A stretch of DNA of 64,000 nucleotides from Phyllobates terribilis (lineage: Eukaryota), in contig NW_027362764.1 in assembly GCF_046119375.1 (NCBI RefSeq), forward strand, positions 804,574,001 to 804,638,000, given 5' to 3'. Shown piece by piece: positions 39,101 through 49,739 of this stretch. The translations under genes were made by a program, and so were the position numbers. Every line of letters starts with the position of its first letter. The stretch's first letter is position 1. A model generated the notes under the pieces. That model worked only from the letters and a program-made list of their open reading frames with translations. It was not told the DNA's origin and did no database searches.

Positions 39101-39789
39101 ACTGGAGAAGGCAAGTTATTCAAAACTACCAAATCCAATTTCTCATGGTGAACACCATTAATAGTGAGAGGAAATTCACAGACCTTGAGAGTAATATTCT
39201 TCAAAGGGGAACCATCCACAGAAACCACAGCAATGGGGGATGATAAAGGTTCGGGTTTTAAATTGAGTCTTTCCAAGAATCCCCCATCAATTACATTCAG
39301 AGTAGACCCACAATCAACAAACACCCGAAATTCCATTAATTTTTCCTGAGCAATCGTGGAAGCAGCTAAAAATACACCCTTGGAATTTAAACAGGCAATA
39401 CGGGCATGACTGACCTTTTTTTTTTCTTTCTTCATACGAAGCTCACAGCCTTTAATCAAATGACCAGATTTTCCGCAATAGAAACACAAGCCTTCAAAAA
39501 ATCTACGGTCTTTTTCTTGAGAGTGAGGTGCCACCGATCCAATCTCCATCGGTTCACCACTGTTAGTACACACATTCTCATAACCAGAAACTGACATAGC
39601 AGAGGATTTGCTCTCATTAACCCTTGCACGCAGTCTCCTATCCACCCATATAGCTAATTGCATAGCCTGTTGCAAATCTTCAGGTGTAGGATAAGCAATT
39701 AGCAGGTCTTTAACCCTTTCATTGAGCCCAGCAAGAAATAGACTTTTCAGAGCATATGAAGTGATGGTATGGTCACGGGAGAAATACAT
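36157..39789 (-). CDS. pol: Uninterrupted CCHC-PR-RT-RNaseH-IN-chromodomain ORF (1210 aa)
   Basis: CFYCGKSGHLIKGC; FVDCGS; YLDDIL; VEVDASS; HESRLAGH..CTIC; MDF..DRGPQF..GQTER; EYEISRIL...YLVAWKGFGPEDNSW. First 11 aa come from the inserted element. Confidence 0.9.
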   Translation of the reverse strand: MYFSRDHTITSYALKSLFLAGLNERVKDLLIAYPTPEDLQQAMQLAIWVDRRLRARVNESKSSAMSVSGYENVCTNSGEPMEIGSVAPHSQEKDRRFFEGLCFYCGKSGHLIKGCELRMKKEKKKVSHARIACLNSKGVFLAASTIAQEKLMEFRVFVDCGSTLNVIDGGFLERLNLKPEPLSSPIAVVSVDGSPLKNITLKVCEFPLTINGVHHEKLDLVVLNNLPSPVILGLPWLKFHNPVLDWSTSEIKSWSHKCYDKCCNGRIAALDRGELPVPIQDFWRVFSEKESQVLPPHRDYDCSIEFVPGATLPKSRLFNLTIPERKALEEYIQTSLAAGHIRPSKSPVAVGFFFVKKKDGGLRPCLDFREINKITVRNPYPLPLIPDLFNQLMGAKWFSKIDLKGAYNLLRMKEGDEWKTAFNTPVGHFENLVMPFGLTNAPAFFQNLINDILRPLIGKNVVVYLDDILIYSPDLESHWRSVREVLQLLMDNSLFAKLEKCEFAVQRISFLGYIISSEGLEMDPVKVQAVQEWPRPIGLKSIQRFLGFANYYRKFIKKFSSIVKPLTDLTRKGADAVQWSSEAIEAFVYIKERFTSAPILMQPDVTKPFLVEVDASSVGVGAVLSQDNGDGLHPCAFFSKKLSETELNYDIGNRELLAIKLAFEHWRHFLEGAEFPVQVLTDHKNLIYLDAAKRLNARQARWALFFSRFNFSVTYIPGTKNVKADALSRSFSPIVGAEKEENILQEGVVIAALDSVLEDEILKAQENAPSNTPHGRLFVPGTFRRDLFVECHESRLAGHPGISETKRLVGRSFWWPGWQKEVIKWVRQCTICARSKSSHTPAAGLLCPLEVPSAPWTHLAMDFITDLPPSEGFTVIWVVVDRFSKMCHLVPFVKLPCAKTLAKAFVKEIVRLHGVPTDIVSDRGPQFVAHFWRAFCDRLGVHLSFSSGYHPESNGQTERKNQDVEQFLRCFVADNQEGWSEFLPLAEFALNNHTSSSAGCSPFFCCSGRHPSFRSFSKLGSAVPEEENFSGDLERVWTDVRGNLQEANRKSKDYFDRKRQEVLFAVGDMVWLSSRNLRLRIPSKKLGPKFVGPFKVLQVVNQSAVRLEVPTSWRINPVFHVSLLKKAVVSDGDASASVPPVVEDGEYEISRILNSRRYRGSLQYLVAWKGFGPEDNSWVRSDDVSASRLIRAFHRRFPDKPGPRGSGGSS

Positions 39790-40979
39790 GTATTTATATT
39801 TGAATATCCTTAATATCCATTCATGGTGTGTAATTACATGTAAATAAGTCTATTGTTAATTAATTTGTCCTGTATTTATGCTCAGTTGTTACTGATGTGA
39901 CTCACAATACTAATACGTAGAGGTAATAACCATCAATGATACATGTGTATCTATAGAAGTATATATATATATTACGATATTTTGAATATTGGTGTCGTGA
40001 ATAACATCTATGTGTATTAAGGGACAATATAGGGGTAAATAAGGGCTAAAATGGTAATACCAGTATCTGTGTTAAAATAGGGCTTAGACAGCAGTGTTCA
40101 GTGTGATATGTGGCGGTAATCTACCATCGACTCTGTACGCAGGTGCACCGCTGTCCCCTCACGCCTGGTTCCTTCGACATCCTGGGTAGCGTTTTTGCTG
40201 CGATGCCGGAGGGTCCTGTTGTCTGGGTTACGGCGACGCACTCTGCGTCACTTCCGGGTCGTGGGGTACAATAAGCAGTGGTTATGTTGCTATGATGATG
40301 CCCATGTGATCACCCACTTCCGGGTCGTGTGATACATTAAATAGCGGCTATGTCGCTATGACGATGCCCACGTGATCGTCTACTTCCGGGTCGCGGGATA
40401 TTTCTAACAGCGGCTATGGTCGCTATGACGATGCCCATGTGATCGCCCTCTTTTTTGGAATGGGCGTGACCTTTACTTGATTGGCTAGAAACATGGGCGA
40501 CGTCATATTTAAACACTCCGGGCTCATCCAAGGCCATCCCCTTGAGAAAGGCATTAGCGCCGAAACGCGCGTCGGGGAATCACACAGAGTACCGGTGCCA
40601 CGCTACAAAGGTAACTAGATTCTACTCTTCATTTGCTTTTAGGGAGGAGAGGGAGAACACAGTATATTTGGGAGTCATTGCATATGACAATCTGTGATAT
40701 TTGGATGGTTTCTCCTTTTTCCCCTTATGTGTATTTTTTTCTATGTGACAATGAGTGGTGAAATGGGGATATCAGTGAGATATACACCGGTTACCTGTGG
40801 TGATCTGCTGTAATACTCATATATGTTTTTAGTATGTTTTAACTCACTCACGTATCGGTTGCATATTTGCGTCACTCCGGATACTGTTTAAACAATAATG
40901 TCTAATAAAATATTTTCTACTTTTTTCATATAATGGGCCTTAGACTTGTTGTTTTTGCTTCGGCATCCTTCCTATAAAA
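39755..40979 (+). mobile_element. Penelope-like element fragment (pseudo-LTR) inserted in nested gag
   Basis: AT-rich with CACTTCCGGGTCG repeats, a minimal hammerhead, a possible AAAG|GTAACT donor; flanked by 109-bp direct repeats of host gag. Confidence 0.7.
40537..40578 (+). ncRNA. Minimal type-I hammerhead ribozyme variant
   Basis: TCCCC-TTGAGAA-A-GGC-ATTAGC-GCC-GAA-ACGCGCGT-C-GGGGA: helix I TCCCC/GGGGA, helix II GGC/GCC, palindromic helix III, GUC cleavage triplet. Confidence 0.78.
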
Positions 40980-41558
40980 CCATATAGCTAATTGCATAGC
41001 CTGTTGCAAATCTTCAGGTGTAGGATAAGCAATTAGCAGGTCTTTAACCCTTTCATTGAGCCCAGCAAGAAATAGACTTTTCAGAGCAGAATCGTTCCAC
41101 CCTGTTTGAGTAGACCAACGACGGAAATGAGTACAATATTTTTCCACATTACCTGATCCCTGTTTCAAACGTCTCAACTCAGTCTCAGCTGATGCGACAC
41201 GGTCAGGATCATCATATAATAGTCCCAAAGCAGAAAAAAAACTATCCACTGATCTGAAGCATGTATCACTAGGTTGCAAAGAAAAGGCCCACTCCTGAGG
41301 CTCTTTGCGCAAAAGTGACATTATGAACCCTATGCGCTGGGATTCATCCCCAGAGGACTTGGGTCTCAAACGAAAATACAATAAGCAAGCATTTTTAAAT
41401 GAAAAAAATTCTCGGTGTTCACCAAAAAATAAATCCGGCAAACATACCTTAGGCTCCAAGAAATGTGCTCCAGGACAGTTACTCACGTGCTGACGGAGCT
41501 CGGCCACCTCCAGAGAGAGTCCCTGCAGGCGATGAACCAAATCCTGAACCGACACCAT
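40926..41558 (-). CDS. gag: Gag N-terminal part of nested element, truncated by the Penelope-like insert
   Basis: EPKVCLPDLFFGE...RIGFIMSLLRKEPQEWAF... retrotransposon gag; last 17 aa read into the insert. Confidence 0.8.
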   Translation of the reverse strand: MVSVQDLVHRLQGLSLEVAELRQHVSNCPGAHFLEPKVCLPDLFFGEHREFFSFKNACLLYFRLRPKSSGDESQRIGFIMSLLRKEPQEWAFSLQPSDTCFRSVDSFFSALGLLYDDPDRVASAETELRRLKQGSGNVEKYCTHFRRWSTQTGWNDSALKSLFLAGLNERVKDLLIAYPTPEDLQQAMQLAIWFYRKDAEAKTTSLRPII

Positions 41559-42657
41559 GATGGAACAGAAAATTCTTTCCTTAGAGAATTTGCAGGCTGG
41601 ACTTACAGTTATGTTCTGCTACCAGAGCTAAGGAAAGAGAGGAGATCTGTCCCTACGATAGAACTCAGCTGAATCCCTACGATGTAACAGGGAACCTGAT
41701 CCTGCGATCAGACCTGCTAAAGTCCTAAGCTAGTCTGTACGGAGACCTATAGATGTGGGGAAGGAATCTCTACAAGTACTAAGGACTGGGAGGAAAATGG
41801 GACACCTCCTAACAGAAATAGTAGCAGACAGACGAACAAACAAAATATATAGAACATAGAGGTCCGTAGACCAAGCAAACTAACAGAGTTAGATACAGAG
41901 CACAGGCTAGCTAGAAAGTAGATATACAATGAAGTCCAGCAAAGCCAGAAGGGCGGAGCAGGATTAAATAGGCCAACAAGGTCATGTGACCAGCAAAGGA
42001 AAAAACCTAAGAGCAAGGTTCTAACATAAGCATCCTGGTGGCCCAGTTAATCGGGGCAGCCCAAAGGGAGGTAAAGTCCTGGCCACCTGGGAGGAAGAGG
42101 ACTGTCAGAGAAATACTAGCCCGGCTGAAAGACACATTTGATACCCGCACCTCAGCCGAAATAAAGCTCAGATTTTACGGGTGCAAACAACGGGCACATG
42201 AAAGTATAAGAGACTATGCTCTAAACCTACAAGAGGCCATAAAACAGGCAGACCCTGACAGCGTGGGAAATGAAGACAAGCTGTTGACCGAACAATTTAT
42301 TGAGGGTCTACTGTGCAATGCCCACCGAACCCAGTTGCGGGCAATGGCCTTACAGGACCCTGACCTGGACTTTGCACAGTTCAAGGACAGAGCCATCCGG
42401 GTGCTCCGAGAATTGGCACCAGGTGGCGCTGTGACCGACAGGCGCCCTGCTATCACTTATCACCAGGACGCGGCGCCCTTGTCTGCAGGGCCTGTGGGAG
42501 CTGATGCGCAGGCTTTGAACAATGACCCGGCAACAGACCTGCACCATCAGGTCCAAGAGCTGACTAAGAGTGTTGCCGCGCTAACCAGAACTGTGCAGTC
42601 TTTACAGGTCTCTTCTCCAGAAAAGATCCAGCTGGCATCCGGACCGGAGGACGTCCC

Positions 42658-45600
42658 GTGGCGCCGACTGAGGAGGACCCCACCGTCCAGAGGAAGACAG
42701 AGCGACCGGTACAACGAGGACGGACAACCCATCTGACGCCGTTGCAATCAACCCGGACATATGGCAAGGTACTGTCATTTAAACAGGCACAACCTGGGGT
42801 AGAGGGCCAACCCCCAGGCATAAGATCATCAGGCCCATCAAACTGGCGTGACAAGTACGTAGGGGGACGTCCGGTCTTGCCTGTGGTACTGGACGGCATT
42901 CCTATGAGTGCCCTACTAGACACCGGGTCACAGGTCATCACCATCCCGTACGTGCTCTTCAAGCGGTACTGGAATGACTCGGACATAACCCGCTACCCAG
43001 ATGATGACCTGAGCATTATCGCCAGCAATGGTCAGCCCGTGCCACAGATAGGATTTAAAGAGGTGACCATCAAGGTCGGTAAAGTTGAACTGCCGGCACA
43101 AGGATTTATCATTGTGGACATTGACCGTCGCGAGAGTCACCCAAAAATAACCCTAGGTACTAACGTAATTGAAAACTGTCTTGCAGAGGTGATTCTCATT
43201 TTACAGCAGGTTGCCAAGAACGCCAGTTCCAGCCAGCAGCGTGTCCTCCAAAAAGAGATCCGGGCACTGATGAAGCGGCAACAGGTGGAACTATCTGGTG
43301 GTGAGATAGGTAGCGTGAGAATGTGTGACCCTTTCCCTATTGCCCTGCCCCCAAAAAGTGAGATGATGATTTGGTGCCGGGCAGCTATTGGTCTAAGAGG
43401 TAGAGACTACCAAGCAATGGTAGAACCCGTCTACTCAGACAGTAGGCCCACTATTTTGACAGCACGGGGGGTGGTTGATGTACGCCATGGGAGGGTGCCC
43501 GTCCGCATCATCAATATCGGGGAGAGAGAAGTATACCTGCCCCGGTATGCCACGCTAGCCAAATTGTTCACCATCAACCAGAACTCTGTACAGGCCGTGG
43601 AACCCTTGCCTCCATCTCCACCAGAGGAAGGTAACGGCTCTAAGAAACCAATGGAGGACTGGTGTCAGCAGCTGCATTTGGGTACTGACTCCACTCCCTC
43701 ACACCAAAAACAGGGAGTCTACCGGGTGGTTCAAGAGTACGAGAGAGTGTTTAGTAAACACCCGCTAGACTTCGGGCGAGTAAAGGGGGTAAAGCATCAC
43801 ATCCCCACGGGAGACCATCCTCCCATAAAGGAGAGATACCGACCCGTACCCCCTGCACACTATCAACACGCCAAGGGGATGCTAAAAGACATGAAGGAGG
43901 CTGGGGTAATTAGGGACAGCTGTAGCCCCTGGGCAGCTCCACTAGTCTTAGTGAAAAAGAAAGACAACACCATGAGAATGTGTGTAGACTACAGGAAGGT
44001 CAACCGTATCACACACAAAGATGCGTACCCGTTACCAAGGATAGAAGAGTCCTTAGCTGCATTAAAATCTGCTAACTTCTTCTCTACTTTGGATCTCACT
44101 AGCGGGTACTGGCAGGTTCCTGTAGCAGAGGCGGACCGGGAGAAGACCGCATTCACCACCCCGATGGGACTCAGCGAATTTAACTGTATGCCGTTCGGGC
44201 TCTGCAATGCACCAGGAACCTTCCAACGGTTGATGGAATGCTGTCTGGGACACCGGAACTTCGAGACGGTCCTACTATACCTGGATGACGTCATCGTCTA
44301 TTCCAAGACCTATGAGGACCATCTGGAACACCTGGCAGAAGTGTTTGAAGCCCTGGCAAACTATGGCCTAAAAGTAAAGCCCTCAAAGTGTCACCTACTG
44401 AAGCCAAAGGTACAGTACCTGGGACACGTGGTGAGTGCTGACGGAGTAGCCCCCGACCCTGACAAGATCACCGTGATTAAGGACTGGCCAAGACCATCCA
44501 GCATAAAGTAAGTGCGGCAGTTCCTCGGGTTGGTAGGCTACTACCGAAGATTCATTCCCGGTTTTACCAAGAAGGCAGCTCCTATGCAGGACCTCCTGAT
44601 AGGCCAGTCCAGGAAGGCCAAAAACCAGAAGCCACCCTTCAAATGGGAAAAGCTGGAAGAGGAGTCCTTCCACCAGCTGAAGATGGCCCTCACGGGGGAT
44701 GAAATCCTAGCGTACCCTGATTACAGCCAGCCCTTTATCCTCTACACGGACGCAAGCAACATCGGGCTAGGAGCCGTACTGTCCCAGATCCAGCAGGGGA
44801 GAGAGCGGGTAATTGCTTACTCCAGCCGAAAACTGCGACCCACGGAAAGAAACCCTGAGAATTGCAGCTCGTTCAAGCTAGAGTTCCTGGCAGTGGTGTG
44901 GGCAGTAACCGAACGTTTCAAGCATTACCTTGCCTCTTCCAGGTTCACCGTGTACACGGACAACAACCCGTTGACACACCTGGACACCGCAAGACTGGGT
45001 GCCCTGGAGCAGAGATGGATGGCCTGCCTGTCCAATTATGAGTTCACGATCAAATACCGGGCAGGACGCTCCAATACCAACGCGGACGCCCTGTCCAGGA
45101 TGCCAAACCTACCGGACGAAGGGGAGGATCCAGAAGAATTGGAAGCGATCGAACTCCCTGCGTTTCACCGCCATGGGATTACCCAGTATTCCCACCGTGT
45201 GAGGGGCCAGCGATCCGCTACGTTCAACCCCTTACCCCACTACAACTGGGCGGAGACGCAAGACAGTGATCCCGCAGTCTGTCTGGTGAAGGAGATGCTG
45301 ACGCCCGCCTGGACCCAGACACTCCGGAAGAGACCAAGCAACTGTGGACGGAAAAGAGCAGACTGTTTCTCTACAAGGAGAAGTTGTGCCGCAGAATGGT
45401 CAATTCCCGGACACATGAGCTGATCTGGCAGGTGGTGGTACCGAGACGGGACGCAGCTATGGTGCTGGAGGCCTACCACAATGGGGCAGGGCACTTCGGA
45501 TGGAAGAAGCTGGAGTTCCTGTTGCGTGAACGGTTCTGCTGGATAGGCATGAGAGGAGCCATTGAGAGGTGGTGTAGAGACTGTGGCCCGTGCAATCTAA

Positions 45601-46904
45601 GAAGAAGGGACCGTGCCAGCCAGAGGACTCCCCTGCAGCCCATCATCACCAGGCAGCCGCTGGAACTGGTCGCTCTGGACCATGTTAAACTGGCTCCAAG
45701 CAGAAGCGGGTATGTCTAGGCCCTAACCATCGTGGATCACTACTCCCGGTTCCTGGTGGTGGTCCCTGTCAAAGACCTGACGGCTCAGACAGCAGCCAGA
45801 GCCTTCCAGCTGCACTTCAGCCGCCCACACGGGTACCCGGACAAAGTGCTGACGGACCAAGGACCAGCCTTCGAAGCGGAGGTCTTCCAGGAGTTCTGCA
45901 ACCTGTATGGCTGCAAGAAGATAAGAACAACGCCCTATCACCCCCAAACCTATGTACTCTGCGAGAAGATGAACCAGGTGGTGATAGATCTGCTAAAAAC
46001 ATTGCCCCTGGAAGAACGCAGTCTGTGGCCTGAGAAGCTGCCCGATCTGGTGGACCTGTATAACCACATCCCGGTAGGTTCCACCAACTGTACCCCGGCT
46101 TACCTAATGCGAGCAAGACCTGGTAAGCTGCCTATTGACCTGGATATGGGAGTCCTGACGCCTGAGGACACCTCGCCAGAGGCAGACTGGGATACAGAAC
46201 GGCAGCAGCAGTATCGGAAAGTACAGGAGAGCGTCGAGCGAAGTCTGTCTCAAGCTAGAGAAAGGCAAGAGAAGGCTTATAACAAATATGCTCCCGCTGT
46301 TCCCCTGGTACCTGGAGAGCAGGTCTTGAAGAGGAAGAGGCGGCTCCACAAGTTGGACGACCAGTGGGAGAAGGACCCGTACACCGTACTGCCATCAAGC
46401 CATGAGAACCCAAAAATCTGCGTAATCAGTAAGGATGGAGGAGAAACCACAGCCATTGTCTCCAGAGACCACCTGAAGAAGTGTCCCGAGCAGCTGCAAA
46501 GCCCTGAAGAAGATCAAGGAAACCCTCAACCCGCAGAGGAAAGGGAAGAAATGATCAGTACCGTACTCGGAGACTTCCCCCGGTCTTGGACACAAGTAAA
46601 CGGCGCTGTCGTGGTACCCGTCCTCACCTTTCTCCAGCCAGCCCCGCAAGTGCCTACAGAGGAACCGGTAAAGCTGGAAGAGCAGCCGGCCCAAGAGGCA
46701 GAAGAGTCCACACCAGCAGTACAGGAGGATCAACCCTCTGCTAGTAGTGAGCCTGCCGTGCCCCTAGTGAGCCAAAGAGTGCGCAGACAGCTGCCCAGCT
46801 TACCCATAACACCTCCTACACCCTGTAGTGCAGAACCAGTTAGTGAGCTCCGGAGGTCCACTAGAGTCACTAGAGGTCAGATGCCCGCTCGCTGGAGAAT
46901 CTAA
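42658..46904 (+). pseudogene. pol: Outer Gypsy pol (PR, RT, RNase H, IN) with two stops and a frameshift
   Basis: LLDTGSQV; YLDDVIV; LYTDASNIGLGAVL; HNGAGH..CGPC; LTDQGPAF; ORF breaks at 44511, about 45400 and 45719. Confidence 0.92.
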
Positions 46905-47365
46905 ACGAATGCACTGTGAATTTATCTGTTAACTGTTTATGGTTTATGTTTGTTGCCTGTTATTAATTATGTTTCTCAGTTACCCTGCAGATTTTTATGG
47001 ACTAACAGGTTATGGACGCTGGATAACCGGAACAGTTTTGTAGATAGTTGCACCTTGGTGCCTCTTGCGAAGACGGCCGCGGAAGAGAAAACCTGTCTGG
47101 CGTGGCCTCCTTGCGGCCCAAAGTAGTTAGTCTACCCTTGCAGCCACGCCCAAGGACAACGCAAGGGGTTTGCTTTGGACAGGTCCCCTACTTCGCTTAA
47201 AACTTCACCTTGGGTGATATGGACACCCGGTTGCGGACACGCCGTGACCTTTAAAGAACTAAAGCTTCTTGTAAATATGTTATTGTATTAATGTTATACC
47301 CTGTATTTATGTTTCTTTAAAAAAATGTGTTTAGTCCCGGAGTACTAAAATTTACTAGGGGGGAA

Positions 47366-48393
47366 TGTGGCACCCCAGGGGTCTGGTTACCACAGTAATA
47401 GAGATATTATGTCTGAGAGCAAGTGGGAGGTTTCTCTGGTCAGGAGCCCTAAGCATGCAACTCGGCCCACCCAGACCTGGGAGGGGAGGAATCTGCCCTT
47501 ATAAACTGGGTCTGGGGCGGGATTAGAGAGTGAAGTCCCAGACAGACGCAGTCTGGTCTGGAGGACAGCAGACACAGGGAAAGGAAGACCTAGGAGCTCT
47601 GTAGGAGCGAGTGCCAGAGGCTGGAAACTAGATAGCTCGCCTTGGCTGAAGACACTAAACCCGGACACAGAGTCCGAGGCTGTGGGGACATCCAGGTCCA
47701 GCAGCAGAATCCAACCGGCAGGGGATTCCATGTCCTCTGGCCTTAGAAACCCGAAGGCACGGTCACAAACAAGGGACCAGCACCGCCATCGTGAAGCGGA
47801 GGCTAACGGAAGGCCCCAAGTCACCAGCCATACGGGTGAGCACCACACGGTATACTCAGGGACGTGGGCTACTTCTACCCGCATAGAGCAAGGTAGCCAG
47901 GAAAGAGTGCAGATAGTCGGGGAGGCCTACAACTCCACCTGGCCAGGGGAGATCCTACTTGCTTACAGACTGACCAGGCCTCTACTGCTAACCAGTACTC
48001 CCGGGAGGGTCTGTGTTATACCATCAGTAAAGATCCTGAACTGCACCACACATCTCTGTGTTTCATCGCCGCACCAGCACCACTACTACTGGGACGCTCA
48101 CACCATCACTCCTATCATCCACATTAGCTGCCCTGAGGCATTACTTCTCCCGTGGGGAGTTATCCCATACTCGGCTGCGCAAACCACATCAGCCTCAGCG
48201 GTCTGCAGCGCAGCGGCGGTCCCCACTGACCGCAATCCACGGGTGGCGTAGTCGGACAATTACAATACCAATAGACTGCCACTGGTTTGACCGCCCTGGG
48301 CACGGACGGGGTCACCGCCACACTGAGACTACAGCCCCCAGCGATCCGGCTTCGGGTATCCCCCTGCACAGCACAGGCCCAGGGGGCGCGTCA
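47366..48393 (+). repeat. 3' LTR of outer Gypsy
   Basis: Homologous to 34061-35088 with scattered substitutions and small indels. Confidence 0.95.
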
Positions 48394-49739
48394 CATACTA
48401 TATGTATCTCACAGGTCGCCTGTAGCCCCCCTCTCACACCTAGCTGTGCCCCCTGTCTCCTTGTTCTAAGCATTGTCTTATTTATGAGCAGTAATAATAA
48501 TTACACATTAGTAGGATATTAACGTGGCACAATTCTGGTAACTGGTGAAAGTGCAGCAATATCAGCAGAGAAGGAATGAGCTGAACTTACCCCTCATCTG
48601 TTAACCCCTTCCTCAACTAGATCCATTCTTCCTTTCTCTGTGTATTTTATCACCTTCATCATCCAAGTGTTGTGATCAGCGGATCTGTGAGATTCCAGTT
48701 CAGCAGATAATTTGATTTGAATCTTAGATATTTGCTGAGAACTGTATTTTCCTCATAATCTGATGTCTCTCCGAGCACTAGATCATCAGAGATAAACCCT
48801 CTCCGCTCACCTGTCCTTCCAGAGCAGACAGTCCTTTCCTCTGGTACAGGTTGGCCTCTGGCTTCACCAGGCATTTTATTTTCCTCTGTAAACCTGATGA
48901 TCTGCAGGTCACTATGTTTTTTTGGTGATTAATGCCCCCCATAATCAGTGCTGCACTTTGTCCCACATATACTGTACATCACTTTCTGTGATCCCTTTTT
49001 TGTGCTTTTTTTTACACTTTCGAACACTTATTATTTGATTTTGCAATCAGTAGTGCAGAGTAGTGTTGAGCGAGCACTAAAACGCTCGGGTGCTCGAAGC
49101 TCGGGCCGAGCTCACCGTGATACTCGGGTGCTCGACCCGAGCAACGAACCCAATGTTAGTCTATGGGAGACCCGAACACTTTTGCGGCGGCACCCCCGGC
49201 AGTCTTTTAAAAGCCTAACAAGTGCCCAAAACGATAGTGACAGTGCTCAAATGACACGGGGACAGCATGGGGATCGCCCCAGGAAGCATTTCTGACCCCC
49301 AGGTCACTGCTGTCAACAACGTGGTCAGAGGTATTAAGCCAATTTTAAGGGCTCACAATAAAACGTTCAAAAACTAATCTGAAACAATTTTCCTGTGAAA
49401 TATGTTAAGGAACTTCCTTTCCAGGGTAAAGACTTGTGTATAAGGTAAAATAAATAACCCAAAAAAAAATACTCCTCCACACCTTCGGCTATGTTCACAA
49501 GTAGCATTTTTTATGCGTTTTTGCACTTTTGTATTGCTTTCAACCGTGACAAATGCATTCACCGGGAAATGTCATTTTAACATTTTACAACCTTATCTGG
49601 CCATGTGATGTGTGACACATGCATACAGTGCTGAAAAGACATGGAACAGCATGGGGAAGACCCCTGGAAGCATCTCTGACACCCAGGTCACTGCTTAAAA
49701 GTGTGCCCATCAGAAGTGATCCTTGCCACATCAGAAGAT

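Larger units (their letters stand above)
35725..42026 (-). mobile_element. Young nested Tf1/sushi-type chromovirus (Gypsy)
   Basis: 420-bp LTRs 35725-36144 and 41607-42026 with about five visible differences; perfect 5-bp TSD TAAGC (35720-35724 / 42027-42031); PPT AGAAGGGGGGGTAC. Confidence 0.96.
35521..42736 (+). pseudogene. gag: Outer Gypsy gag, split by the nested element (35521-35724 + 42032-42736)
   Basis: MSDTEG...EEQKVS | ILVAQLIGAAQREV...; first Cys codon of the CCHC knuckle (C-RRC-NQPGHMARYC) is TGA. Confidence 0.85.
34061..48393 (+). mobile_element. Full-length but mutated Ty3/Gypsy LTR retrotransposon, tRNA-Ser primed, carrying nested insertions
   Basis: LTRs 34061-35088 and 47366-48393 (TG...CA); PBS; PPT AGGGGGGAA; 4-bp flanks CAAA/CATA; gag split at 35724/42027. 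Confidence 0.95.
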
